The notes under the pieces are model-generated. The model was not told the origin of the DNA, searched no databases, and saw nothing but the letters and a program-made list of their open reading frames with translations. A stretch of 32,000 nt of DNA from Candidatus Saccharimonadota bacterium (lineage in GTDB: Bacteria > Patescibacteriota > Gracilibacteria > BD1-5 > UBA6164), in contig OY782392.1 of assembly GCA_963677765.1 (NCBI GenBank), positions 240,001 through 272,000 on the forward strand, written 5' to 3'. This document shows positions 19,897 through 29,513 of the stretch, piece after piece (within the stretch, counting starts at the first letter, position 1; each line of letters opens with the position of its first letter). A program made the position numbers and the translations under genes.

Positions 19897-21033
19897 ATGT
19901 TTTGAAAGAAAAAAATAGACTTAAGTTCATATGTAAAAGATGATAATAAAAAAGAAGAAAATTTAGCTTCTTCTAATCAATCTGAAGAAAATGAAATAAA
20001 AACAAATGAAGAAAATGAAGTAGTTACAAAAAAAATAAATACTAGTGCCCTAAAAGTTACTAACAAAAAAGAATTAGAAAATACTACTCAAGAAACAGAA
20101 GAAACTATTGAAATTGAAAAAACAGAAGTAAATAATAAAGATTTAAATAATTCTAATATAGAATATAATTATGAAACTGTAGTTTCTGAAGTTATAGAAG
20201 AAGAAAAAGAAGTAGTATCTACAGAAGATAACAAAGAAGTAGAAACTCAAAATCTTGAAGATGAAAAAGAAGAAAATTCAGAAGAAATACAATCAGAAGA
20301 AACAGAAGAAGAAGAAAATAATTCTGAAAAAGTTGAAGAAAAAATAAATTATAACTATGAAACAACTGTAGAAGAAAAAAAAGAAGAAACAGAAGAAGAA
20401 AGACAAAAAAGAATTGACGAGCTAACATCAAAAGTAGAAATTGATGATGAAAAATTAAAATACGAAGAAAAAGAAATTTTTTGAAATTATAAATCTGACT
20501 ATGATAAAGTAGAAGAAAAAGAAGAAATTAATAATGAAAAAGTAAATAAAAATATAAATGAAGTTGAAAATATTGAAGATTCTACAGTAAAAAATGAAGA
20601 AAAAAAAGATAATAAAGAAGAAAATTGATTAAAAAAAGTTAAAAAACCTATAAAAAAGAAAAATATTATTATATCTATAATAAGTTTAATAGTAATTACT
20701 TGAACTGCTACTACTTATTTGTTATATAGTAACTGACTTTTTCAAAAATGACCTCTTGTAGCTGAAATACAAGAAGAAAAAATCCCTGAATGGGAAATGG
20801 TTTCAGAAGAAATAAATGATTATAAAATAACTTATGAAACTAGAACTTTTGATAATTGAGATACAGAATATAGATTTAATGATCAAGTTTTTACTAAAAA
20901 ACAAGATTTAGATGAAAATATAAATAAATATATAGAATCTTTAATCGAAGAAAATAAAGAATTAACAAAAGAAGAAATAGAAAAAATAATTATTGATAAA
21001 ATAATAAAAAAATATTTAGAAAGAACTATGTAA
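19897..21033 (+). CDS. bitopic membrane protein with a long acidic E/K-rich N-terminal region (378 aa)
   Basis: ATG 19897, TAA 21031-21033. About 250 aa of low-complexity E/K/N sequence contains a duplicated (I/N)YNYET(V/T)V element. This is followed by a single TM (IIISIISLIVITGTATTYLLY) and a C-terminal domain of about 100 aa. Confidence 0.6.
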
Positions 21034-21044
21034 TATAGTTCTTT
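21020..21044 (+). terminator. hairpin with the stop codon in its loop
   Basis: aaagaactat (21020-21029) pairs with atagttcttt (21035-21044), followed by a T-run. Confidence 0.55.
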
Positions 21045-21168
21045 TTTTTATTTATCACATTTTTATAAGAATTTGTCAATATAAAATAACTATATTTTTA
21101 TGCTAAATATATGATTTTTATAAAAAAAAGTGATACACTAAATTTATATATTAATTATAAAGGAATTT

Positions 21169-22395
21169 ATGGCTAACAATATCGCAGAAATTGAAAAATT
21201 CCCGATAAAAAGAGAGATTTGAGACACAGTAAGTTATGTTTCAAATATTTTTAAGCAGGCCATAGATAAATGAGCATCAGATATACATATCGAACCACAT
21301 GAACATTTTTTACTTATAAGGTTCCGTAAGGATGGTGATTTCATGATCATAGATAAACTAAACAGAGAACATATTTCAGCAGTAGTAACAAGACTTAAGG
21401 TATTATCAAAAATTAAGATTGATGAAAATAAAAAACCTCAAGACTGAAAGATAGTATATTACTATGAAGCTGAATGAAAAAATATAGATATCAGACTTTC
21501 TACCCTACCTACAAGTTACTGAGAAAAGGTAGTAATGAGAATACTAAAACAAGATGAATCACTAATAAATATTGAAGCTCTTTGATTGATAGATGTAAAC
21601 CTACAAAAAGTAAGAGAAGCTCTTAAAAGTAAATATTGAATAATGCTTGTTGCATGACCTACTGGTTCATGAAAATCTACAACACTATTCTGAGTACTAA
21701 AAAACTTTAATCCATTAGAATTAAATATATCAACTCTAGAAGATCCTATCGAATATGATATAGAATTCGTAAATCAATCTCAAGTAAAACCAGATATATG
21801 ATATACATTTTCTTCATGACTTAGATCATTAGTTAGACAAGATCCAGATATCATAATGGTATGAGAAATCAGAGATAAGGAAACAGCAGTACTAGCTGTA
21901 GAAGCTGCCCTAACATGACACTTGGTATTATCAACAATACATACGAACTCAGCAGCAGGTACAGTACAAAGACTTATAAACATGTGAGTTGAACCATTCT
22001 TACTAGCTTCAGCAATGAAAATGGTAATAAGTCAAAGACTTTGAAAAAAGATATGTCCTCACTGTAAAGAAGAACAAAAAATATCAGAACTACAAAAGAA
22101 AAAAGTAAAAGAATTTTTAGGTCCTATACTTGATGAAAATGACATAAAAAATGCTAAATTTTATCATTGAAAATGATGTGATAAATGTAGTTGAACTTGA
22201 TATAAATGAAGACTTGGTATACATGAAGTTCTTATAGTTTGAGATTATTTAGAACCACTTATATTGAATAAAGAAAGTGCTAATGCTATGAGAGATTTAG
22301 CAATAAAACACTGAATGGTAACAATTGTACAAGATGCGTTAATAAAAGCTTTAATGTGACAAACTACTGTAGAAGAAGCTTTTAAATTAATTTAA
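21169..22395 (+). CDS. pilB: type IV pilus assembly ATPase PilB/GspE family, short form (408 aa)
   Basis: An AAGGA sequence lies about 5 nt upstream of the ATG. Walker A LVAGPTGSGKSTT at 21652-21680 has two Gly encoded by TGA. Also present: Asp box LEDPIEY, Walker B DPDIIMVGEIRD, His box LTGHLVLSTIHTN, and a tetracysteine CPHC...CDKC. Confidence 0.9.
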
Positions 22396-22409
22396 TAATA
22401 CATATAAAA

Positions 22410-24311
22410 ATGTTTGGTTTTTCAAAAAAAATAAAAAATGTAAATAATGCTGATGTAAAGGCATTTGATTGAGCAGTAAAAGCAATAGAAATATATATTG
22501 CTCTTTCAGAGTGGGCAAAAGCAAAAAAAGCTATTGAAGAAATAATGCTAAAAGAAAAAGAATCTTTGACTAACTATATAGAAAAACTATATAGAGAAAA
22601 ATGAGATGTTGAAGCTGAAAAAATAAAGTTAGCAGAAACTAAAAAATTTTCAAAAAAAGAAGCTCAAATAAAAAAATTAAAAGAAAAAGTAATAAAACTA
22701 GAAGCAAAATATATAGAAAAAATAGAAAAAGATAGATTTCAAATAAGATTCAAAAAAATAAAAGATGAAATAGATACTCTTATTTGAAAAAGAAAATCTG
22801 TTCAAGCAATGTGAATTTTACAAAAATTCTTAGAAGAAAACAAAGAAAATTCTATAGTTATTAAGTTTTATAATACTCAGAAGAAAAAAATTCAACTTAA
22901 TATAGAAAAACAAAGAAAACTAGAACAAGATAAAATCAGGAGTAATGCTAGAATGGAAGCTTTGAACCTTATAGGTGAAACAACTAATCTAGATGATGAA
23001 AAAAATAGTAAAAAAGATGATAAAAAAACTTTTGCAAAGAACTTGCTAAAAAAACTAAATTTTTATAAAAATATAAAAACAAAAATCAAAAGGAAAAAAC
23101 TTCTTGATGAAATAAATCTTTTGATAGAAGAAGATAGTAAAGCAAATGATGAGCTTGCAGAAAGAAAATTAGAAAGTATACATAAATGATTAGTAAAAGA
23201 AATAAGCAAAAACAAAATGATTGGTTATGACTTATACTGAAAAATATTATGAGCTGATAAAATATCTGGTGATACTTTTTGAATAGAAGAAACATGAGAT
23301 AAATATAAATTCTTTATATGAGATGCGACTGGTAGATGAATAAAGGCAGGTTTTGTTATAACTATGCTTACTAGGTTGTTTAAAGAAAATATTAAAAAAG
23401 ATTTAAAAGAAATAGTATTAAATGTAAATAATGGTTTAAAACAAGACTTAAAATCTAGAAACTTTATTACTTGAATATTTTTTGAAGTAGATAAAAAATC
23501 AAATGATTTAGGATATGTATGAATGGGACATGAACCAATTCTTGTATATAGAGCAAAAGAAAATAAAGTAGAAAAAATTATTCCAGGTTGATTGGCAACT
23601 TGAATTAGAATTATAAAAGATGCTAATGAAATAAAAGTAAAAAATATACAACTAGATGACTGAGATGTTGTTATTACATATAGTGACTGAGTAGTTGAAA
23701 ATAAAAACTTAGAATGAGAATCTTATGGAATAAATAGACTTATAGAAAACTTTAAACTAGTAGCTGAAAATGAAAAAAGACCTAGAGTTATATATGATTA
23801 TTTAATAAATGATTTAAAACTATATGGTGGTTGAAGTAATTTTGGAGATGATGCAACTCTTATAATTCTTAGAAGAGATTCAAATAAAGATATAGTTTCA
23901 GAAGAAGATAAGTATTTAGACGATTTAAAAGCAAAAGAATGATTAGATAATAAAGAAGTTAAAAAGTTAAAATGAAAAACCAAAAAAGAAATAGAAAAAG
24001 AATTAGAAGAAATTAGAAAAGCAAAAGAAATAAAAAGAATACTAAAAGTATTAGAAAATCTTTACTATACTTGAGAAATATTAAAACTAAAAGAAGAAGC
24101 AATAAGATTTATTAAAAAATGATATATTCATAAAAAAATCAATTTTTATTTAAGAAAAGCGATAGAAAATGAGAAAAAATACAAAATTGAACAAAAAAAT
24201 CAAAAAATGCAAAATAAATATAATGTATTAAAAGAATTATATAAAAAATGAGATTATACAACTGTTATAAACGAAGTTGAAGAAATAATCGCGAAAGACG
24301 GAAATATTTAA
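22410..24311 (+). CDS. SpoIIE/PP2C-family phosphatase domain flanked by long K/E-rich coiled-coil regions (633 aa)
   Basis: ATG 22410 (14 nt after pilB), TAA 24309-24311 (14 nt before pilC). The central domain reads ISGDTFGIEETGDKYKFFIGDATGRGIKAGFVITML...GMGHEPILVYR...GDVVITYSDGVVE...GESYGINRL...FGDDATLIILRR, matching the SpoIIE/RsbU-type Asp-containing motifs. Confidence 0.75.
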
Positions 24312-24325
24312 TAAAAATTTAAAAT

Positions 24326-25543
24326 ATGTTGGCTATTTGAAACAAATTTTATGATAGGTATTGAAACTTTGATAACAAGAAATTCATAGAACTTCTTGAA
24401 GAAGCAAAGAAAGCTCAATACAAATGAGTCAGAAAAAAATCAGGTTGATGAGCTATAGAAATCAACTTATTTCAAGGTGTTAGTAAAATGGAATTATGGC
24501 AATTCATAAACAAATTTTCTATATTTGTAAATTCATGAATTGATATAAAATGAGCACTTTGAATTCTGGTAAAACAAATAAAAAATCCAATGCTAAAAAG
24601 GATTTGAATGGAAATGAAGGAAAATATTGATCATGGTATAAGCTTGAGTGAAACTATGAATCAATACCCAAAAGTATTTGATCCACTAACTACTTCCCTA
24701 ATTTGAGTTTGAGAAAAAACATGACAATTAGGTAAAATATTAGCTGAACTAGATACAAACTTGCTTGAAAATATAGAGTTAAAATGAAAGGTAAAATGAG
24801 CGATGATTTATCCTGCTATACTATTGTTTTTAACTCTTGCCATGGTTGTATTTATGATGGTATTTATTGTACCAAGAGTAACAGAATCATTTGCAAAAGC
24901 TGGTGCTGACTTACCTGCTTTGACTCAATTTATAGTAAATGTTTCTGACTATATAGTTAATGATTGGTGAAAACTATTATTTTGAGTAGTAGCTGTTATT
25001 GCTTTTTTCAAAATACTAAAATCAACTTATTTTTGAAAAATTGGTTTAGCTATATTAGCAACAAAAATGCCAATATTTGGTTATGTAGTTAAACAATCTA
25101 ATATAGTATATTTTATAAAATCATTTACTATATTACTTGATTCTTGAGTTTTATTATTAGAATCAATGAAAACTGCTAGTAAGGTAGTACCAAATCTAGC
25201 ATATAAAAAAGAATTAATAAGAATCAAAAATGAAGTAGAGGTATGATTAACAATATCTAAATCTCTATGATTAAATCTTGATTATGAAGAGTCAGTATAT
25301 TTAAATAAATTATTTCCGGAAGAATTCGCATACGTAGTAAGTACTTGAGAAGAAACATGAAGTTTATCATGATCTCTAAAAAAAGTATGAGATAACTATA
25401 ATGGTGAACTAAAAAGATATATTTGAAACATGTCTAGTATGATGGAGCCTATTATTATCGTAATAGTCTGAGCCTTAGTTGGTACTATTGTAGTAGGTAT
25501 AATGTCTCCTTTCTTTGAAATGTGAGAAATCGCAAAAGGATAA
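24326..25543 (+). CDS. pilC: type IV pilus platform protein PilC/GspF family (405 aa)
   Basis: Two GspF-type repeats (FSIFVNSGIDIKGALGIL...SLIGVGEKTGQL and FTILLDSGVLLLESM...VVSTGEETGSL) and three TM segments. Ends ...GIMSPFFEMGEIAKG*. Confidence 0.9.
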
Positions 25544-25544
25544 T

Positions 25545-25572
25545 AAAAAATCTAGTAAATACTAGATTTTTT
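25545..25572 (+). terminator. rho-independent-type hairpin after pilC
   Basis: aaaaaatctagt (25545-25556) pairs with actagatttttt (25561-25572), followed by a T-run. Confidence 0.6.
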
Positions 25573-25642
25573 ATTTTTTTATATTATGATATATAATTAA
25601 AAAATTTTTTACTAACAAGTCTAGTAAATTATAAAAATTTAT

Positions 25643-25671
25643 TTGATTATATCATACAAAAAGTGTAGAAT
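25643..25671 (+). promoter_or_regulatory. candidate sigma70-type promoter for the major pilin gene
   Basis: TTGATT (25643-25648), a 17-nt spacer, then TAGAAT (25666-25671), about 70 nt upstream of ATG 25742. Hexamer matching in AT-rich DNA is weak evidence. Confidence 0.35.
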
Positions 25672-25741
25672 ATAGCTTGTCTAAGAAGACAATAAACTTA
25701 AAAATTTATTTTTGTATTTTATTTTTTAAAATATTGTGTAA

Positions 25742-26380
25742 ATGAGAAATACAAATAAAGCCTTTACTTTGGTTGAGCTTATCGTAGTTATTACTATATT
25801 AGCTATACTTGGTACAATAGCTTTTATATCTTTACAAGGATATACTGGTGAAGCTAAAAACTCTAAAGTTACTTCTGACTTAAGAAACATTGCTTCTGCA
25901 ATTGAAACTTCATCTACTAGAAATAGTGTTTTATTAGCTGATGTATTACTAGCTAATACAAATGTTTCATCAAATAATGCAGTTGATGTAACATCAACTT
26001 TTTGACCAAAAAATATAGCATTAAATAATACTGCTTCTGGAGTTACTTATGCTGTTGGTAATGTTGATTTTGCTGCAGTAGAACAAAATGGTGAAGATTT
26101 TAAAGATCCTAATGGTATAAAACCAGGTACTACTGATGAACAAGCTGATTATATTTTTGCTATGGTTACATCTCCTGATTTTAAAGCTTACCAATTAGCT
26201 GGTCAAATTATCGAAAATGATATTAAAAAATCAAGAGTTAATGGTACATTCTATACAGCTTCAGGTACAACAGCAAATGGTTTAATATCAGCTGCATCTG
26301 ATACTGCTAACAATGAATTAATTAATGGTGATCCAATAATTTGAACTACACCTACTCTTCCTGATTTATATAACAACTAA
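25742..26380 (+). CDS. type IV pilin, candidate major pilin (212 aa)
   Basis: MRNTNKA|FTLVELIVVITILAILGTIAFISLQGYTGEAKNSKVTSDLRNIASAIE. It has its own promoter region and a strong terminator. Only 2 of 15 Gly codons are TGA (hand count) and GC is visibly higher than in neighbouring genes. The track splits it into two ORFs at TGA 26006. Confidence 0.85.
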
Positions 26381-26386
26381 TATATA

Positions 26387-26434
26387 AACAAATAAAAAAA
26401 CAAGATTTTAAAAATCTTGTTTTTTTATTTGTTT
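26387..26434. terminator. long palindromic bidirectional terminator between the major pilin gene and pilT
   Basis: aaacaaataaaaaaacaagattt ... aaatcttgtttttttatttgttt; the arms are exact reverse complements. Confidence 0.7.
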
Positions 26435-26440
26435 AATTTT

Positions 26441-27526
26441 CTAAGCTAATGCTTCTTTTATAAGTTTTGGATTATTAGAAAATTTCATTCATTCATCTTC
26501 ACTAATAATTCATTTATGAATATATGAAATAATATCTGTTTCTAATAATTGCATTCATTCTCTAGCTCACATTTGTATAACTGAAGGAATTTGATGTAAA
26601 TCATTTTCTCTTATAAGATTGGCTATTGCTGAATTTTTTACTAGTATTTCTTTAGCTAATACTACCCCTGTACCATCACTACTTTTTAAAAGTCTTTGAG
26701 AAAATACAGCGATAAGAGAATCAGCTAACTGCATTCTTATTTGGTTTTTATCTTCTCAAGAAAAACTATCAAGTATTCTTGTTATAGTTTGATAAGCACT
26801 TCTCGTATGCAATGTAGAAAAAACTACATGTCATGTTTCAGAAAGTCTAAGAGCCATTTCCATTTCTTCTCTGTTTCTCATTTCTCAAAATAAAATAACA
26901 TTTGGATTTTGTCTCATCGCTCATGTAAGTGCAGTAGTATAATCAGGAACATCTTTACCTATTTCTTTGTGTTCCATAATAGATTTTTTATGTGGGTGAA
27001 CATATTCTATAGGATCCTCAATAGTAATTATATGTTTATTATAAGTTCTATTTATATAATCAATCATTGCTGCAAGAGTAGTTGTTTTACCTGAACCTGT
27101 AGGACCAGTAACAAGTATCAAACCTTGTCCTTTTTTTGTAACATCTTTATAAACATCTGTAAGACCTAAATTATCTATGTTTGGTATATCTGAAGTCAAA
27201 AGTCTTAGAACTACCATATAATTAGATAATTGAAATGAAATATTTGCTCTGAATCTTCTTTCTCAAAAAGTAAAAGAAAAGTCTAAATTTCTTGTTTTTA
27301 TTAATATATCATGTTGTTTTTCAGTCATAATAGATTGAGCAAATTCCATAGTATCTTTCCATGTAAATGGATCTAATCAATCATCAATTCTAATAATATC
27401 TCAACCAATTTTTATAGCAGGATGAGTTCATGCAGTAATATACATATCACTACCTTCATTATCAATCATAATTTGTAAAAGTTGGTCTTTCATTATATGG
27501 TCTGGTTTTATAACACTGTTTGTCAT
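26441..27526 (-). CDS. pilT: twitching-motility retraction ATPase PilT (361 aa)
   Basis: ATG 27524-27526, TAG 26441-26443. Walker A LILVTGPTGSGKTTTLAAMI (here all GGT/GGA), IITIEDPIEY, NPNVILFGEMRN, ETGHVVFSTLHT, and AIANLIRENDLHQIPSVIQMGAREGMQ. Confidence 0.9.
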
Positions 27527-27587
27527 AAGATTTAATTATATAAGTAAAAAATATAATATAATTATACTATAATTGAAAAAAAATAAC

Positions 27588-27629
27588 AAAATAAAGACCT
27601 AAAAATATATATTTTTAGGTCTTTATTTT
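27588..27629 (-). terminator. long hairpin separating the 27632..28501 gene from pilT
   Basis: aaaataaagacctaaaaata (27588-27607) pairs with tatttttaggtctttatttt (27610-27629). Confidence 0.65.
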
Positions 27630-27631
27630 TA

Positions 27632-28501
27632 TTATGATCTAGTAAATTTATTTCTCATAAAATAAGCACTTGATACTATAAAAGTAAGTAACATAACAAA
27701 CCAAGTTGCAGCTCATACTTCTGGGTTTTCAGCAGCATTTAAAGCAATTTCTTCAACTTCTGTTATTTCTTCTGTAGAAGTTTCTTCACTAACTTCTTCT
27801 GTAGTTAATTCTTCAACTGCTTGTTTTATTTCTTCTTCTGATATAGTTTGAATTAAACTACTTGTAGTAGAAAAATCATATAAATAATCATCAAATTCTA
27901 ATATATTAGAATCTACATCTCTAAGGTCAGATAACATTAACATATAATCACTAGATTTTTCTAATCTATCAACTAATTTTACATTTAATAAGTTATCTCC
28001 ATTTGCTGAAAAAGAATCTACTCTTAATTCAGATAATATTTTGTATTCTAATATTTGAGAAGTAACTTCATAGTTATAATAAATTTCAATAGTTTTTGAA
28101 TCTAATATATTTATTTTTTGTATTGATTTTGAGTTTTCATCATAAGCTAGATTAGCTATTTCTCAAGAAACAGATTCACTAACTGAAAAATCCATATCTC
28201 AATCAGCACCATATGCTCATAATAAGTTATATCATTCTCCTGCTTTTAATTCTTTTCATAAGTTTAATAAGACTTTTGAAGAATCTGCAGTATCAATTTG
28301 AGAAAATGTAACTTCTACATCTTTTATAACTCTAACATCCCCTGATACTTCACCATCTTTGAAAACTATATCATCAGATCAAACAACAGTTATATTTTTA
28401 TCATCAATAACTTGAATATCTTCTACATTAGAAGCTAAAGCTAAATTAATAGAAAAAACACTTAATATAAATAAACTGATTAAAGCCTTTATTGTTTTCA
28501 T
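27632..28501 (-). CDS. secreted protein with N-terminal signal peptide, acidic linker and C-terminal TM + basic tail (sorting-signal-like), 289 aa
   Basis: MKTIKALISLFILSVFSINLALA|SN...; then the acidic EEEIKQAVEELTTEEVSEETSTEEITEVEE; then NPEVGAATWFVMLLTFIVSSAYFMRNKFTRS*. Confidence 0.6.
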
Positions 28502-28577
28502 AAAATTATAGTTAATTATTATTTATTTTTAAATTACAAGTATTAAATCATATTTGTAGTTTTATGTCAAAGTTTAG

Positions 28578-28970
28578 TTAACTTTTTATCTTTTTTAAAT
28601 AAGATTCTAGTATAATTGATGCAGAAATAGCATCTTTTTTTCATTGTCTATCATTTACTCACATATCTGACAATATTAAGTCAGCTTCAAATGATGTAAA
28701 TCTTTCATCAACAGAATCAATTTTTATATCTGGAAAAATATTTTCTAGCTTAGAAATAAACTTCTTAGTTTTATCTAATTGTTTTGTATCATTATTATAT
28801 AAATCATATGGTAATCAAACAACTATTGTTTTAACATTATATGATTTTATATGTTTTTTTATAGTATCTACTAAAGCTACTCTATTTACTATTTCTTTTG
28901 GTATAACTATACCCTCAACATAAACTGCTAGTCAACATCTTTTATCTCATAAATCTATAGATAAATACAT
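28578..28970 (-). CDS. ruvX: Holliday-junction-resolvase-like YqgF/RuvX (130 aa)
   Basis: MYLSIDLGDKRCGLAV (GxD..R.G.A motif), VVGLPYDL, DERFTSFEA. Its ATG (28968-28970) overlaps the rplI stop in a TAATG arrangement. Confidence 0.8.
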
Positions 28971-29422
28971 TATGATTCTTGATTAACAAGTACTTTCAAT
29001 TTTGCCATTGCATCTTTACCTAGTTTTATAAAAACTTGATGCTCTCAAAGCTTTTTTAAATGTCCATCAGGTAGATCTATATGTTTTTTAGTAAGCTCAA
29101 TTTTGTATTTTTTCTTTATAGTATCAATAATATCTTTCTCTCATATTCATCAATAAACTTTTCAATTATTAAGAGTTTTCAGAGTAAATTCTAAAGTTTT
29201 TCAATTTAACTCTTCTGAAATCTTATGTCTATTTTCTATAAGCTCCATTTTATGTTTTTGTTCTTTTTTTATTTTTTCTTTATGTTTCTTTTCTGCCTCA
29301 GGAGTGAGCTCTATAGCTAAACCTTTTGGAAATAACATATTAATTGCATATCATGGTTTAACTTCTTTTATTTCTCATTCTTTTCAAACATTTATAACAT
29401 GTTTTAAAAATAATACTTTCAT
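28970..29422 (-). CDS. rplI: 50S ribosomal protein L9 (150 aa)
   Basis: [40 protein letters not shown] is a canonical bL9 N-terminal domain. Confidence 0.85.
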
Positions 29423-29489
29423 AGTATAACTATTTATATTATAACTAAACTTATTATAAAAATAATATGTTTTTTTTCAAATAAAAATA

Positions 29490-29513
29490 AAAAGGACTTT
29501 TTATAGTCCTTTT
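29490..29513 (-). terminator. hairpin at the nusA 3' end
   Basis: aaaaggac (29490-29497) pairs with gtcctttt (29506-29513), adjacent to the nusA stop. Confidence 0.5.

Noticed and set aside
25551-25629. The direct repeat of the 10-mer tctagtaaat (25551-25560 inside the pilC terminator and 25620-25629 just upstream of the putative pilin -35) as an operator pair.
   Set aside because: A single 10-mer recurrence within about 200 nt of highly AT-biased sequence could plausibly arise by chance. There is no dyad symmetry beyond the terminator stem, and I cannot assess conservation from this window.
28968-28972. The rplI/ruvX TAATG start-stop overlap as a special translational coupling or recoding site.
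   Set aside because: Single-base stop/start overlaps are common in compact bacterial operons, and nothing else unusual (slippery site, downstream structure) is present.
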